A DNA stretch of 63,905 nucleotides, the filler included, from Choristocarpus tenellus KU-1152 (Eukaryota; Protista; Phaeophyceae): assembly GCA_964200185.2 (NCBI GenBank). It is 12 parts of 12 records of this genome, joined end to end, with 100 filler letters (N's around TTAATTAATTAA, not from the genome) between each part and the next. Parts side by side here need not be neighbours in the genome. Positions count along the whole stretch, not along the records: positions 36,224 to 47,178 come from CAXNAD020002604.1; positions 47,279 to 50,367 come from CAXNAD020022393.1; positions 50,468 to 54,503 come from CAXNAD020016554.1; 9 more parts are not named here. The stretch is one strand, 5' to 3'. This document shows, piece after piece, positions 39,401 to 51,595 of this stretch (within the stretch, counting starts at the first letter, position 1; each line of letters begins with the position of its first letter). The notes under the pieces are model-generated. The model worked only from the letters and a program-made list of their open reading frames with translations. It ran no database searches and was not told where the DNA came from. The translations under genes were made by a program, and so were the position numbers.

Positions 39401-42400
39401 TGAAGCACTGTACCCTCCTGCCTGTCGCTAAACCACTCTGCCGAATACCTGGATAATAGTGGTGGCAAGGCTTCGTTGCGAGTCAGAACAAGGTCTGAGG
39501 GAGGAGGTGGAGGGATGAGTGGTGAGATAGCTGGACCCAACGCGCAACAAAAAATCAAGGCGCGCACAGGGCAGTTCAGTTCAAAACGAAAATATACGCA
39601 GATTACAACACGACTGGGAGAGGAAAAGAAGAGTAGAGGAATAGCAGGAAGGAGAGAAAGTCCAGTAACTAGGTTCACCAAATACTCGGTCCCAGCTTGC
39701 ATCAGCCCCACCATTTATGAAGGTCCACAACAGGACTACAAACTACTCACTGCACTACTACTTCTCCTTAACTACAAACTGTTGTTATACGACCAATTCC
39801 ACTACCCCGTGTGTGCCTTATACGTTTCTTGCATGATGGGTTCAGTTATCTCACCACTTGTTGCTCTGTCTCCTCCCTCCAATTTTGTGTATTAGTAATT
39901 GTATGGCCACAAACGAAGTCTTGCCATCACAATTCAGTCAGGATTTGCACATTCTCCTTGAGGTTTAACAGGAGGCAGAAGGGTACCGGTGCACTGTTCT
40001 ATTATTCTTGCCATGTCGCCCACAAAAGTCAATCATCCCTGAAAAGTAAAATCTGGTCTCAACCAGGTTTGAATCCACTCAAACGCTTTTGGGAGAAGCC
40101 GGCCAACTATACGATTGAGATGCCAAAAAGTCTGTAACTAACTGCAAATCGTGCCTGTGCCTCAGTCGTAAAGGAAGCTGTTCCCTGCACGTATTCCTTG
40201 GGTTTGAACTTCGATCTAAAGTAAACGAGAGGTACCCAGGTTTTGGGCATGTTGCATTATAAGCTAGTTTTTTCATTATGTTGTGATTGACTCATTTCTA
40301 TGTATGAAGCACTAAGTTCAACTTGAGAGCATTGATCTCAAAAAAAATTAGTTGCGGAAGGATTCAGAAAAGTTCCCAATACCATCTGTAGAAAAGTCGA
40401 ATTTTCTACATGTTTGTCAGCATCCTTACAATGCAACTCTGGGTACGTTTCATTTATGTTGGCTCTTCATCAATGCCAGACCTTTTCACATGGACCTACG
40501 CTTTGACTATCCAGAAGTTTATGTGGCAAGCACTATGGATTCCGCACCTGTACTATCCTATCTGTTGCTACAACACAAAACGCTGGACCGAGAGTGAGGT
40601 GGCAAGACTTTGCTGCCAAGCAAAAGTCCAGGCGGGTCCAGCACAAGATTGGAGGGGAGAGGTGGAGCGACAAGTGGTGAAATGACTGAACGCAACATAC
40701 AAGAAGCAAAGCACTACCGTGAGGCTGAACAATTAATGAGATTGCAATAGTAAATTACAATTAGTATGAGATGTAGTAGCACTGTGTATAGTGCCTCTAA
40801 CCACTAGTCAAGATAATCCCCAGACCAAGTTGAAGATAGTATAAATAGTGCTGCTAATAATAGCAATATTCCTAGATGAGCTGGCGACTCACGCAGTGGG
40901 TGATATAGGGTTGACAAGCTGAAAAGGCTTGATTCGGAGGTCCCCACCAAGTGCCCCAGTGGCACAGGCCTCCATGGTTGTAGAATATCAAGTTTTTCCG
41001 AACTTAATTATTACATCGTAACTTGATTTCTGGATCTATTTGGGGCAAATATATTCCTGAAAATTGGGGCTGTCAGCTGGGCTGTTTGGCCATGATAACT
41101 GCTTCAAGGACGAAGCAACAACCTACCAACGGCCCAACAAGCTCAAACAGACAAATAACTCTGTATCAAAGCAGAAATGAATATCACAACAGAGAACTTA
41201 CAACCTTTGTTAAACGTTTTGGGGAGGTCCACCATCTAGGTTAAATCTTTTCTCTTCCTATCTTCATACTACATACTCCAAGTAGAACTCTAGTGTACTT
41301 GTAAGCATGATTTCTTGTCCTTAACAAAAACCCACAGTTGGTCGACTTTCTTACTAACCTTTCATTCACACACGTAGCGTTAGCTGCTCCAGGATAGGCG
41401 TTGACCAACCACACAATCCACACTTACGAACAACACCCAAATAGGGGCAAGCAAGCCTTCTCAAAGCAGGTAGATGTTGCACAATTTTTGCAGAATAGCG
41501 CATCCTGCTCCAAATCAGCTTCCATGTGTGCCTCTCCTATACTCACATACATATTTGGTGTTGAACCGGAACATACTCTATTGATGCATGCTTTTAACAT
41601 TCCTCTTCATAGAGGTGTGTCCACCAAGGGATAGACCATTTTATATCACATACAAGCATCACCACCTTGGTCTTCCAGACACAAGACACAGCACCAAACC
41701 AACATAAAACCAAAGAGATACCTCAACTTTCACTTTCTGGGACGCAAGTATACAATGCTTGAGGGCTGAGTCGGCTACTCAACAGATCCTGAACTAAATG
41801 GGTGCCTGATCCTGATAAGCTTGCACACCATTATGGGCACCTTGTAACACAGAGCTGTTGGAAGAACCCAGATCTCTTGAAGTACCACGACCCCCCTATC
41901 AAAAATATCACAACTTCAGGCCAAGAAATAATTCTCCTGAGGTGTTCATCACAGAGTTCTCTCTTACCAAGTACCAACAACCATTTACTCTGTAAAGATC
42001 GAATTACGCACTTTCTAATCAAGACCTTCCCTGCCGAACTCCCTCCTCGCTCTGCTCTCTCCATCACCAACAAGAAACAAGAGGTCAAAATAGAAACAAA
42101 GTGACACCTAAGGACTGGGTGATACTTGCTCAACAGGTGTGGAATGATGGAAGAATTGGCAAGGACGAGGCACTGTCTACAATACCGATACAACAAAAAA
42201 CGAACACAATCCCTTTCTCAGGCACATACACAATCACCACATTCAACTCCAGCTCAGCCTGAACAAATTAATCCATGGAGGGGGAGGGGGAGGGGGGGGC
42301 ATGCCTAGTGGACTGCACTAAGAAATCTTCCTAGTTTTATTGCCACTCTACATAGTACCATGGCTTACCTCACCCCAACAAAAAAACACACAAAATGTGG

Positions 42401-42566
42401 CACCTTTCTGTACTCACTATGACATACCACCCATATCACTGTTTAACAATTTAAGAACAATGTGCCACAGATAAATATGGAGAAGACATTACAGGCTCTC
42501 CCTTGATTCCCATTCCTTCATTCTCACCCCTTATTACCCCTCCCTCAGCTTCCAGCTTCAGTCAAC

Positions 42567-45500
42567 TTATGTCCCATCAGCTCTCCTGAAGTCAGCATAA
42601 CTTCCACTCTCATCTGTATTCCCTGTATCCCCTCCAGCCCTAGTTCTTTCAGGGTCTCCCTTGCCCTCTTCCCCCCTCCCCCTGCAAATGTTCTCTCTTT
42701 CCAAATCTATCCTCCCCCCTTCCTCTGTCCTGATATCCTCCACCTCACCCCCATCACTACTCCTTCCCCCACCACTGTCATCACCACCACTTCCATCCTC
42801 ACTGCTGCTGCCGTGATCAGAGTCGCCTCTAAAAGCCCTCCCTTGATCTCTCTTGTGCTTCTTGGCCTGAGGGGGGAAATGGTGGGATGCAAGAAGTAAA
42901 TAAAAAAGAAAGTTGACACATCGTAACACACTACAGGCCATAGAATACTTAAGCCTGGGGTAATCAACAAGTTCAATTTGAGCAGTAGACAAGGCTTGCC
43001 TCTACTGCACTGTCACAATTTATGCAAACTCATTCCTTTCACCAATCTATATGTAACGGGTCATTTCCTTTTTAAACCCGCACTCAACAACCAATCAGTT
43101 GTTGATTGAGAGGGATAGCTTAAACCAACACGACATGGTAGATGTGTGCTACATACCAAAAGAACTTGACGCCTCCATGTAGTCTACCCAAAAGAACTTG
43201 ACAACAACCCAGGGTGACCCCTTTTCTCAAAACCATTATTATGATCCATTGTTCAAGAATACCACCACATTTACAAGGAGTGAGAATCCAGACCCATTAC
43301 TCTTGTCCTTGTTCTAGGCTATTGATGTCATTTTAAGTCTCAGGTCATACATGAAAGACTCAAGAGTGCTCTGTACAACTCGCCCCTCCTTCAAGGGAGA
43401 TCGGGGAATGACAGGGCTTGGGCCTGAGAACAATACCATTTCACCATGGGGTGAATATTTTGGTACAAACCTTGTAGTAGACGAGAGTGTCTGCTGGGAA
43501 AACGGATCTGGAGGCTCTTAATCTATGGGTCTCAACAGTTAGTTTCATTCTTAGGAGTTTGTATTCGATGTAAAATATCCGCAGACCTTAAGGTACAAGC
43601 ACCTCCCACAATCTAGACTCAAATTATCTCAGTGCTAATCTTAACAATAATTTTTTGATCAAAAACGAAAAGACATCCATGGGGACAGGAAGCATAGTTT
43701 GCATCACATCTGGCATCAAGAAATATTCAAACACCATCACATTAAAAGAAAATGAAGCATTACCGGGGTATATGACAAGACTAGTACAGTATCCTCTCTT
43801 AAAATTAATGTGGGATGCATTTTGCATTTTAAAAAGCGAAAAAATGAACAGCAGGATCGAGTAAAAAAAGTCATATTTTCAGCTGCGTGTAATGAAATCC
43901 AAGGCGATCTCTTATTCTGCACGAAAATTTGGTCCCCAAGATTCACATTACGGGTACATGGTAAGATTTTTCTTGTGCAATATGTGGCCGATTTGAACTC
44001 TGATCATTACTTGACATCACAGAGCATGTACCAACACATGACCATTATGGTTGCATATACAGTTTGTTATCAAAAGACTGAACTTTCAGATTTTGTGGAG
44101 ATACACTATCAAGCTGTATGTAGCAAAAATTCGTCAAAAAACGCCCTATCTTTGGCAGAAGTTTGCCGTGTATAGCTCTTATGGTGTGTCTCCATGAAAT
44201 CTGGAAATTCAGCTTTATAATAAGAGGTTGGATATGGAAACCATTATACACTTATGTAGGTACTCGCTCTGTGATGTCAAATCTAAAATCAGAACATGAT
44301 TTGGTCACATATAACCTGAGAAAAATTGCACTGTATGCTCGCATGTGTGATTTTCGAGGACCAAATTTTCATACACTACATGAGACGGCCTCAATACATC
44401 TAAGCTTGGGTCTTGTATCACAACAAACTACACGCTGTTTTTTTCATTCCTCTTGAAGGACGTCCCTCTTCTGAGGAAAAGGTGTACGGGCAATGACAGG
44501 AACATCATCAGAAAACTTCGAGAAGAATTATACCAAAGGAGAGTAACAAATGGTTGGGCTACACATTAACAGTCCCCTGAAGGCTGGGAAGATCTACAGT
44601 ATTGGGAAAAGCAATGAGATAGCTTCAGCAATGCATTGTATTGACCATAACAGAGATTTATATGACTAGATGTGTGGTAGTTTTAAGCAAGCAGTGTAGA
44701 GGATTTTTGGGAAGGAAACTCCCGCATTACCTCCTTTTTGTCCTTCCTCCGCTTCTTCTCCTTCCTGCTTGACTTGCTGTTGCGTTCATCCATCTCCATG
44801 TCACCCCGCACCCCTAAAACGTGCTTGCCATTCTCTGAACCTGAGTCCTCACTACCGCTCTCTTCGCCCTCCTGATCGTGCTTTCGCCGCTTCATCCCCC
44901 CCCTCCCATCACCTCCCCCTTCAACATCCTCACGATTACCCTTGCCACAGTCATTCACATCCTCTCTAGCTCTCTTGCTCTCCCGCCGACGCTTCCGCTC
45001 CCTCTTTTTTTCCCTTTCCCTTTCTTTATCCTCCCTGTCTTTCTCTTTATCCTTCTCTTTCTCTCTCCTTCGCTTCTTGTCTTTCTTCCTGTGTTTCCTA
45101 CTGCCTCCGCGTCCCCGGCCACCCCCGTCCTCGCCTTCGCTCTCCTCCACCCCACTGCTGTCGCTGCTGTCGCTGCTGCCAGTCTTTCGCTTCCTCTTTT
45201 CCTTCCGTTTCCGTTTCCTATTCCCCCCACCTCCACGGTAGCCCTCGTCCTCTTCATCGCTGGTGGTGAGCATCGCCTGCACCAGGTGCCCACCCAATCG
45301 AGACTTTGCCGCTTGGGCCTGCTTATCCTTGGACAGTTTGTTGCCACGACGTTCGGCACGGTCCCGCTCCTTGGTTACACTTGCCTTATAGTTGTCCTAG
45401 CAGTAACATCACAAGGTTTGGAGGGAGTACCTTTCGTTGGCTTTTGATCTTGCTTGTCCTATTCACGGGGCTTCGAATTATCTTTAGTACGACTATGGTG

Positions 45501-45943
45501 TCGTGGGCACTGGTGTGACAATTCAGATAACAATATTCGACCAGGCTGAATATCGAGAGCTATGTAAAAGAAAAACTCAACAGCAGCTTACACGAAGACG
45601 CCAAGAAGCCCCTGAAATTCAAAATTGTTATCCACCCATACAGGCTCCTTACAAAAAGAAGGTTGACTGAGACAATAGTACTTAGCCAAAAATCCGATTC
45701 AAACGCCAACATTCCATTAAAACAACTCAGTGAATACGATCAGGGTGGCGATTGGACAGTGCGGTGCATCTGGGGGTGGAGCCGAGACTGAAAGAGGATT
45801 ACCTGCTCCTGGCTTGAAGTCCCCCTTGCTGCCGCCTCAAATTTGTCCAGTTGTTTGGTCACCATGGAGTCATACATTCGTTTCAGGGTCTCTTTAGGGT
45901 CCCCCATCTTAGCCTTGAGGGCTTTCTCTCGTTTTCCATGGTC
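42567..45943 (-). CDS. Lys/Arg/Glu/Ser-rich, probably nuclear protein; exons 45943-45803, 45396-44731, 42866-42567 (5' end not located)
   Basis: All junctions are phase 0 with canonical sites: ..RGTSSQEQ|GTAATC ..CTAG|DNYKASVTKERDRAERRG.. RRKDKKE|GTAATG ..CCCTCAG|AKKHKRDQG..ADGT*. Confidence 0.7.
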
Positions 45944-47278
45944 CTGGAGTCGGTGTCGTTGACACTGACCCACCCAACAATGAGGGCAGTGCGACATTGT
46001 CCTGGGGGTACTTCACGCTCAACGGCTAGTTAGTGAGATTCGACAAAAGTCCACTGCACCAAGATGTTGGGACTATCCACGTTTCTGTTCAAACCAGTCT
46101 ATAGCTGATGACTTAAAGTGATAAGAGTATAAGAGGATGTATAGTTTCTCCATTATCAAAATCGAAATTTGGTCCAGTTTGGACAACATAACACTCATCA
46201 CGTAACATAATTTAACATTTTTACATTATTCTAGGAAAGGGACTTTTTGTTCATTCTCATTTTGTATTTCCTGTCGGTCCATCCATCTGTCTTCTCCATC
46301 CACTTAAGTAGTTGTTGTCAGGGTTTCCCTGGTTCGAACCCTGCGCATAGGGGTCAGATATTATTCACAAAATAAAATAGTTCTGTTGTGAATCAAAAGA
46401 ACTTATGAGCGTGAGTTGAAAATCACCTCTATAAAATTCGATGTACTCGAATATAATCTACATCTTACTGCTTGATGTCAAAAAAATTACTTCCTTCCCT
46501 TCACCATGTACTGCTGTGTGCATATACAAAGCAAGGTCTTCACAAAAAGGTCTTGTTCTGTTTGCACATTTGATAGACTACACCTTCATCAAGCAGTAGT
46601 GTAACGCGACTTTTTCCTTCTTTCATGAGGCATTTTTATAATTTGTTGAATGAGGTTTATTTGCCTATTTTTGTTGGTGGATAAATATGAGGTTATTCAT
46701 AGTATGCTACTTTGAAGTACACTGATATACAGGTTCATCCCACTACTCTCCACAATAAACATTTTCTCCCTTAAAGTGCCACACTGTTTATTTCTTTCGT
46801 TGCTGCCCACACCCAAGAAGAGATGAAAACCTTAGTGGGGGCGATTCCCCTATTGAGGAGAAACAGAGGTCGAACATCTTTTCAGGTAAATACAATGGAG
46901 TGGAGAATAGAGGTTCACTTCCTTCCTCAAAGGCAATACAAAGAGAGCACGCCACCCTCGTTGGGGAAAAGGTAAATTATTTACTGTTTCCCAACAGGAC
47001 TACGTAATGTGCACACAGACACATTTATCTTCTTCGACAAGCGTATACTGAGCACCTCAATCGTGCTTTCACAATGTCCTGAATTTATCTACCCATCATT
47101 CTCTGGTACCTTTTCTGTGTATAGCAACCGATGCCTTTTCATACACCTTGTGTTACAGGCGCCCCTCAATGCTCACCTNNNNNNNNNNNNNNNNNNNNNN
47201 NNNNNNNNNNNNNNNNNNNNNNTTAATTAATTAANNNNNNNNNNNNNNNNNNNNNNNNNNNNNNNNNNNNNNNNNNNN

Positions 47279-47310
47279 ACGCCGACACCCCCCCCCAGAT
47301 ACTTTGACCC
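47279..47310. mobile_element. MITE family B terminus at contig start
   Basis: GCCGACACCCCCCCCCAGATACTTTGACCC. Confidence 0.85.
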
Positions 47311-47429
47311 TTATCTCAGTCTATGTATGTATCTTATTTTACTTGCGATGATTTAATTGGGTGAGACCCTGTGATTCCAGCTTCGAGTAGTTGTAGCACT
47401 CGACACCTATCGAAAAATATCGAGGATCT

Positions 47430-48100
47430 CCTTTTTGAAAGTCTTGGTAGATCTAGGACTGTTTGTAGATACCGTAAGGACACTACAGAAGACCATATTT
47501 GGTGGTCAGGGAGAACAGAATTAGACGAACAGTTTTAAAGAGAATATAGAGACTCAAAATTAATCTTAAGATGCACCAAGAAAGGTTCGCAGGATGCTGA
47601 ATATCAAAAGCAACAAGTCCAGAGGGCTGGTCTCAGAGGCACCAGCAGATGAGGGGACGCCACAAAACAAGAGGGAGAGGTCGAGGAAAGGCCAGGGAAG
47701 GGGAAGGGTCAGGACTGCTGGAGTGAGGATGAAATGGGCAGAGAACGCCGCCAGACAAAATGCTCAAGAGGGGAGGGAAGCTGATTCCGGAGAGTAAATT
47801 GAAAAACTCAAGTTGGCCAACGGAAGAGGTGGTTTCCGAGGTGCAGGCACATGTACTGCTGTTCCTGTAGTTCCAGTTTGCATTCTACAATCATATCGGT
47901 CAAATTGAGGCTGTGAAGGTTGTCCGCCACCTAGCAGGAGTTGGATACGACAAGGTCTTCCTCGTCTTGAAAACTTGGAAGTTGGAAGGAGAAAGGGAAT
48001 ATCTTTGCACCTCTGGGGCTGGAAGGCACGAGACCGTGGCAAAGAGGATTGCCCATGCCCAGAGGAAGTGACAGTATACGTCAAGACAGAGGACAAGGTA
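47430..48100 (+). repeat. Diverged interspersed repeat, copy 2; possible DNA-transposon N-terminal coding remnant
   Basis: Homologous to 7130-7570; continues as EAVKVVRHLAGVGYDKVFLVLKTW (HTH-like). Confidence 0.55.
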
Positions 48101-49642
48101 CTGGAGGGAGACATATTCTACCTGTCAAATACTTCGGACAACCTGAAAGATACAGCGTACTTAGAGCTTTTTTTTCTCGTAGTATTCTCCACTTCCAACC
48201 AAAACGACTTGAGCCACCAAAAAACATAATATTATATGAGTCCTTGTGTCTGTCGGTATTCCAATGACATAGATTGCACATCATGAACAGGTAAAACAAC
48301 TATAATACCCTCAAAGACGGAAAGCTCTCCTAATACCCGCCAAAGTGCACAATATCGCATGCTGTATTGTGAATCGGAGGTGATACGGGAGCTTGATCGA
48401 CTTGTTAGGACATCAGTTTTCATCCCATGCATATTTCATAGGATGAATCGACCTGTAGCAGCTTTCATAGCGGTTTGAATACCGCCAGTCTGCTTTGTTT
48501 GATACATTTTCTCCAAATTTGTCCTAAAACGGAAGGTATCTTCGGTTCCACTTGGAACTAGGGCCTCAAACTAACAGCATTAGATCTAAATTGCCCCCAC
48601 GTCTCCAACCATACTTTGTTTGTTGTCAAACTTGGATAATCTCATAAGACATTTCAAAAATCTTGATTTCTACTTCAGTCTGTAATAGTGTTATGTGTAA
48701 CTAGTGCCTCTGACCAAGGTTGGGATAATCCCCGGAGTATTGTGAAGTAAATGATAAAAGAAATATGACGAAAATCAATTTTTTTTTTTTCGTTTGTATG
48801 GAAGTAGTGCAGATATACGGAACATGTTACTATTCATATTAATTGTTATGTATTTATCGCTAAGGCAGTCTAAGGGATCCCAGAAACATGGTCGAAAACG
48901 TAGTCCAAAGATGGTAATACACACGATGCTGGAGAAAAGGCCACAAGAACTACAAAAGCAAAGGAAAGCAGTGGGAGAAAGTAAAGGAAACAAAAAAGAG
49001 AAGAAGAGAAGAGAGAAGAGTAGAACCCACAGATTACAAAACACTATCACCAAGAATAACAGAAGAGGAAAAGAAGAAACAAAAAAACTACGACAGTTGC
49101 AAGAAATCAACCGAAAAAGATAATGCGATGAGAAGTTGCCATTCAACAGACGGTGATGATTCTGGTGTTGGTGACAAGGTGGACCTCACCTACTACTTTA
49201 GCATGACGTACGTTAGCTATCACAGCTTCATCAGAATGCCATTCTACTATGAAGTTCGTTGTGCCGGTATCCACACACCCATTCCACTTCTGAGCATATA
49301 TGGACATACGGCCAAAAAATTAAATGTTTTGTTCAAGTCAGTCTGAGGACTTCAAGATCCCAGACCAATGGTGTCGTGTGATTGTAGATAATGGCACCCC
49401 AAGAGGTAGCACATCTTAGATAGGTATCAATTGTCTCCAATTCGGGAGTAAGCAATGGAAATGGAAAGTGACACCTCAAGAGTTAAGCAAAGGGGGGACA
49501 GAGAACGATGAGGTGGAGATTGCCTCTTTTTCAGATGATGACACTCAGCCATGGATTCTAACGTGCACATCAAGGGGGCAAGAGAATTTTACGATTGATT
49601 GGCAGCATGACAGCAAGGTCAAAGAGACTATGTTTGATTTCC

Positions 49643-49818
49643 GACCCAAAGTATCTGTGGGGAGAGGGGGACTACACCAGGGTGTCAATTTGGCCCCAAA
49701 TCAGGAAAAGTGCATTTACACTATCCATCCGACGTATGCAACCAAATCAGACAAAATGGCGACATGAAAAAATTGACCCCAATTGGACAGCCGCCACACA
49801 CCCCAGACTCTTTGAGCC
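49643..49818. mobile_element. MITE family B, full length (176 bp)
   Basis: GACCCAAAGTATCTG...CAGACTCTTTGAGCC; TSD unclear. Confidence 0.9.
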
Positions 49819-50303
49819 TCTCCTCAAATTGGTTTGAGGGCCAGAGTCACAGGCGATATGTCTTGATGGCGGTTTCATAAACACCATTATGGCATTGAAG
49901 TTCGAGATTTTATATATTTGTACTTCTTGATTATTTATTTATTATTTGGTCATTATGCTCCCCGATTGTGATGGACATTGTTGATCAGTCCCTTTTTATA
50001 CCATGATATTTACGATAATCCAAGTGAGAGATCCAGCATACTTGACGACTTATGCATCAGGAGTCCTATACCTACATCGGCATCATCTATACGACCGTGG
50101 ATTGGAGCTATACATCCTGGGAAGGTAAGTTTTCTGGGACGCCTGTAACACCAGCACAGCGATAATGACAGATATTTTGCCCAATAGGCCATGGGAGTCT
50201 CTGACACGAGATAAGTGTTGTGGAAGCTTTTTCACAGGTTCATTCCTCCCAAACAAACCATGAAGGTTTGCTATCTTGGTCATCAAAGAATAGCAGACGA
50301 ACG

Positions 50304-50367
50304 GAGCGAAAGTATCTTAGAGAGTACGAGTTTTGCCCTGTTTGTCCATTTGGGACTTGGCTTCCAG
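50304..50367. mobile_element. MITE family A terminus at contig end
   Basis: GAGCGAAAGTATCTTAGAGAGTACGAGTTTTGCCCTGTTTGTCCATTTGGGACTTGGCTTCC. Confidence 0.9.
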
Positions 50368-51595
50368 NNNNNNNNNNNNNNNNNNNNNNNNNNNNNNNNN
50401 NNNNNNNNNNNTTAATTAATTAANNNNNNNNNNNNNNNNNNNNNNNNNNNNNNNNNNNNNNNNNNNNGGTATACCTTCTGTGGAATGTGGCTCTCAAATC
50501 ATCCCCCCCCCTTATGTGGTTTGATGCAGGTATCAAAACAACATAGGTGTCAATGGGAAACGGAGGAAATGTGTGTGCAGAACAACTGACATGAGCATTG
50601 AAGAGAAAAGAAATAGTCTCTCAACAAAGAAATAGTCTTGCAAGACAGTTGTGTACACAAAAAAAAATTATCTGCAAATTAGCAAAAATGCAGCATAAGA
50701 AGTGGTTTGCGTGAGGCCTCACAACTTAGCACTTGTAACTAAGGATCAGTGCCGCTTCACCTTGATCAGGGGTGAGATAATCAAACATATCTGGGCACAT
50801 GGAACGATCGCGATTTCGCTGTATCAGATACAACCACGTCTGGTCAAATCTTCAACAAGAAAAAGAGCACAGGCAATGGCTAGCTAGTCTTATCATGAAA
50901 TTCTGTTGACTCCGGCAAGGAGATACAGATATAAAAGCATGGACCATCATCTCAAATGAGGAAAATAAGAAAATGGAAGACTCCCAATGGGAGCACAGAA
51001 ATCGTGATCAAATTACAGCTGTATCGCTGCAGCACCAATCAGTATATACTTGCGTATATAAAACTCAACAGCAAATCACATGGATGTTCGAATCAATTAG
51101 AAACAAAATGAAAGAAAGGAAAAAGAAAAGAAAAAGATTTTAAAAATAAAATAAAATGAAAATAAACAAACAAAAAGGAAAAGGAAAAGAAAAAGAGACT
51201 CAATTGTGAACTGTGGATAAACACGGGGATGGAGTTGGTCATACCTCATCACTGAAATAACTGCTCATCAAAACAGTTGTCCTCCTGAAAAAGAAAAGAA
51301 ACGAAAAGAAAAATGAAAATAAAATATAACAAGTGTGCAAGAGTCATTTGTAAATAAATGAACTCGAGTCTCCTCTGTTCATACATGGGTGCACAAGTAC
51401 AAAAAAAAAAAACTTATCAAAAGTTGATATGGCCAAATAGACATCCATGTGACATATACATCAAAAGATATATATATGTAACAACACAACAAAAAATCAT
51501 TGACTGAAACACAAATAAAATTCGCAGCACATATATATTTGAAAAAATATATATACTACCTTCAGCAGAAAATTCAATGAAGTATGGAATCTTTT

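Noticed and set aside
45415-45429. Stowaway-like GGAGGGAGTA terminus in an intron
   Set aside because: No partner TIR visible; too short to support.
46330-46345. tRNA genes suggested by GGTTCGAAC here and at ~63815
   Set aside because: B-box only; no cloverleaf or A-box context.
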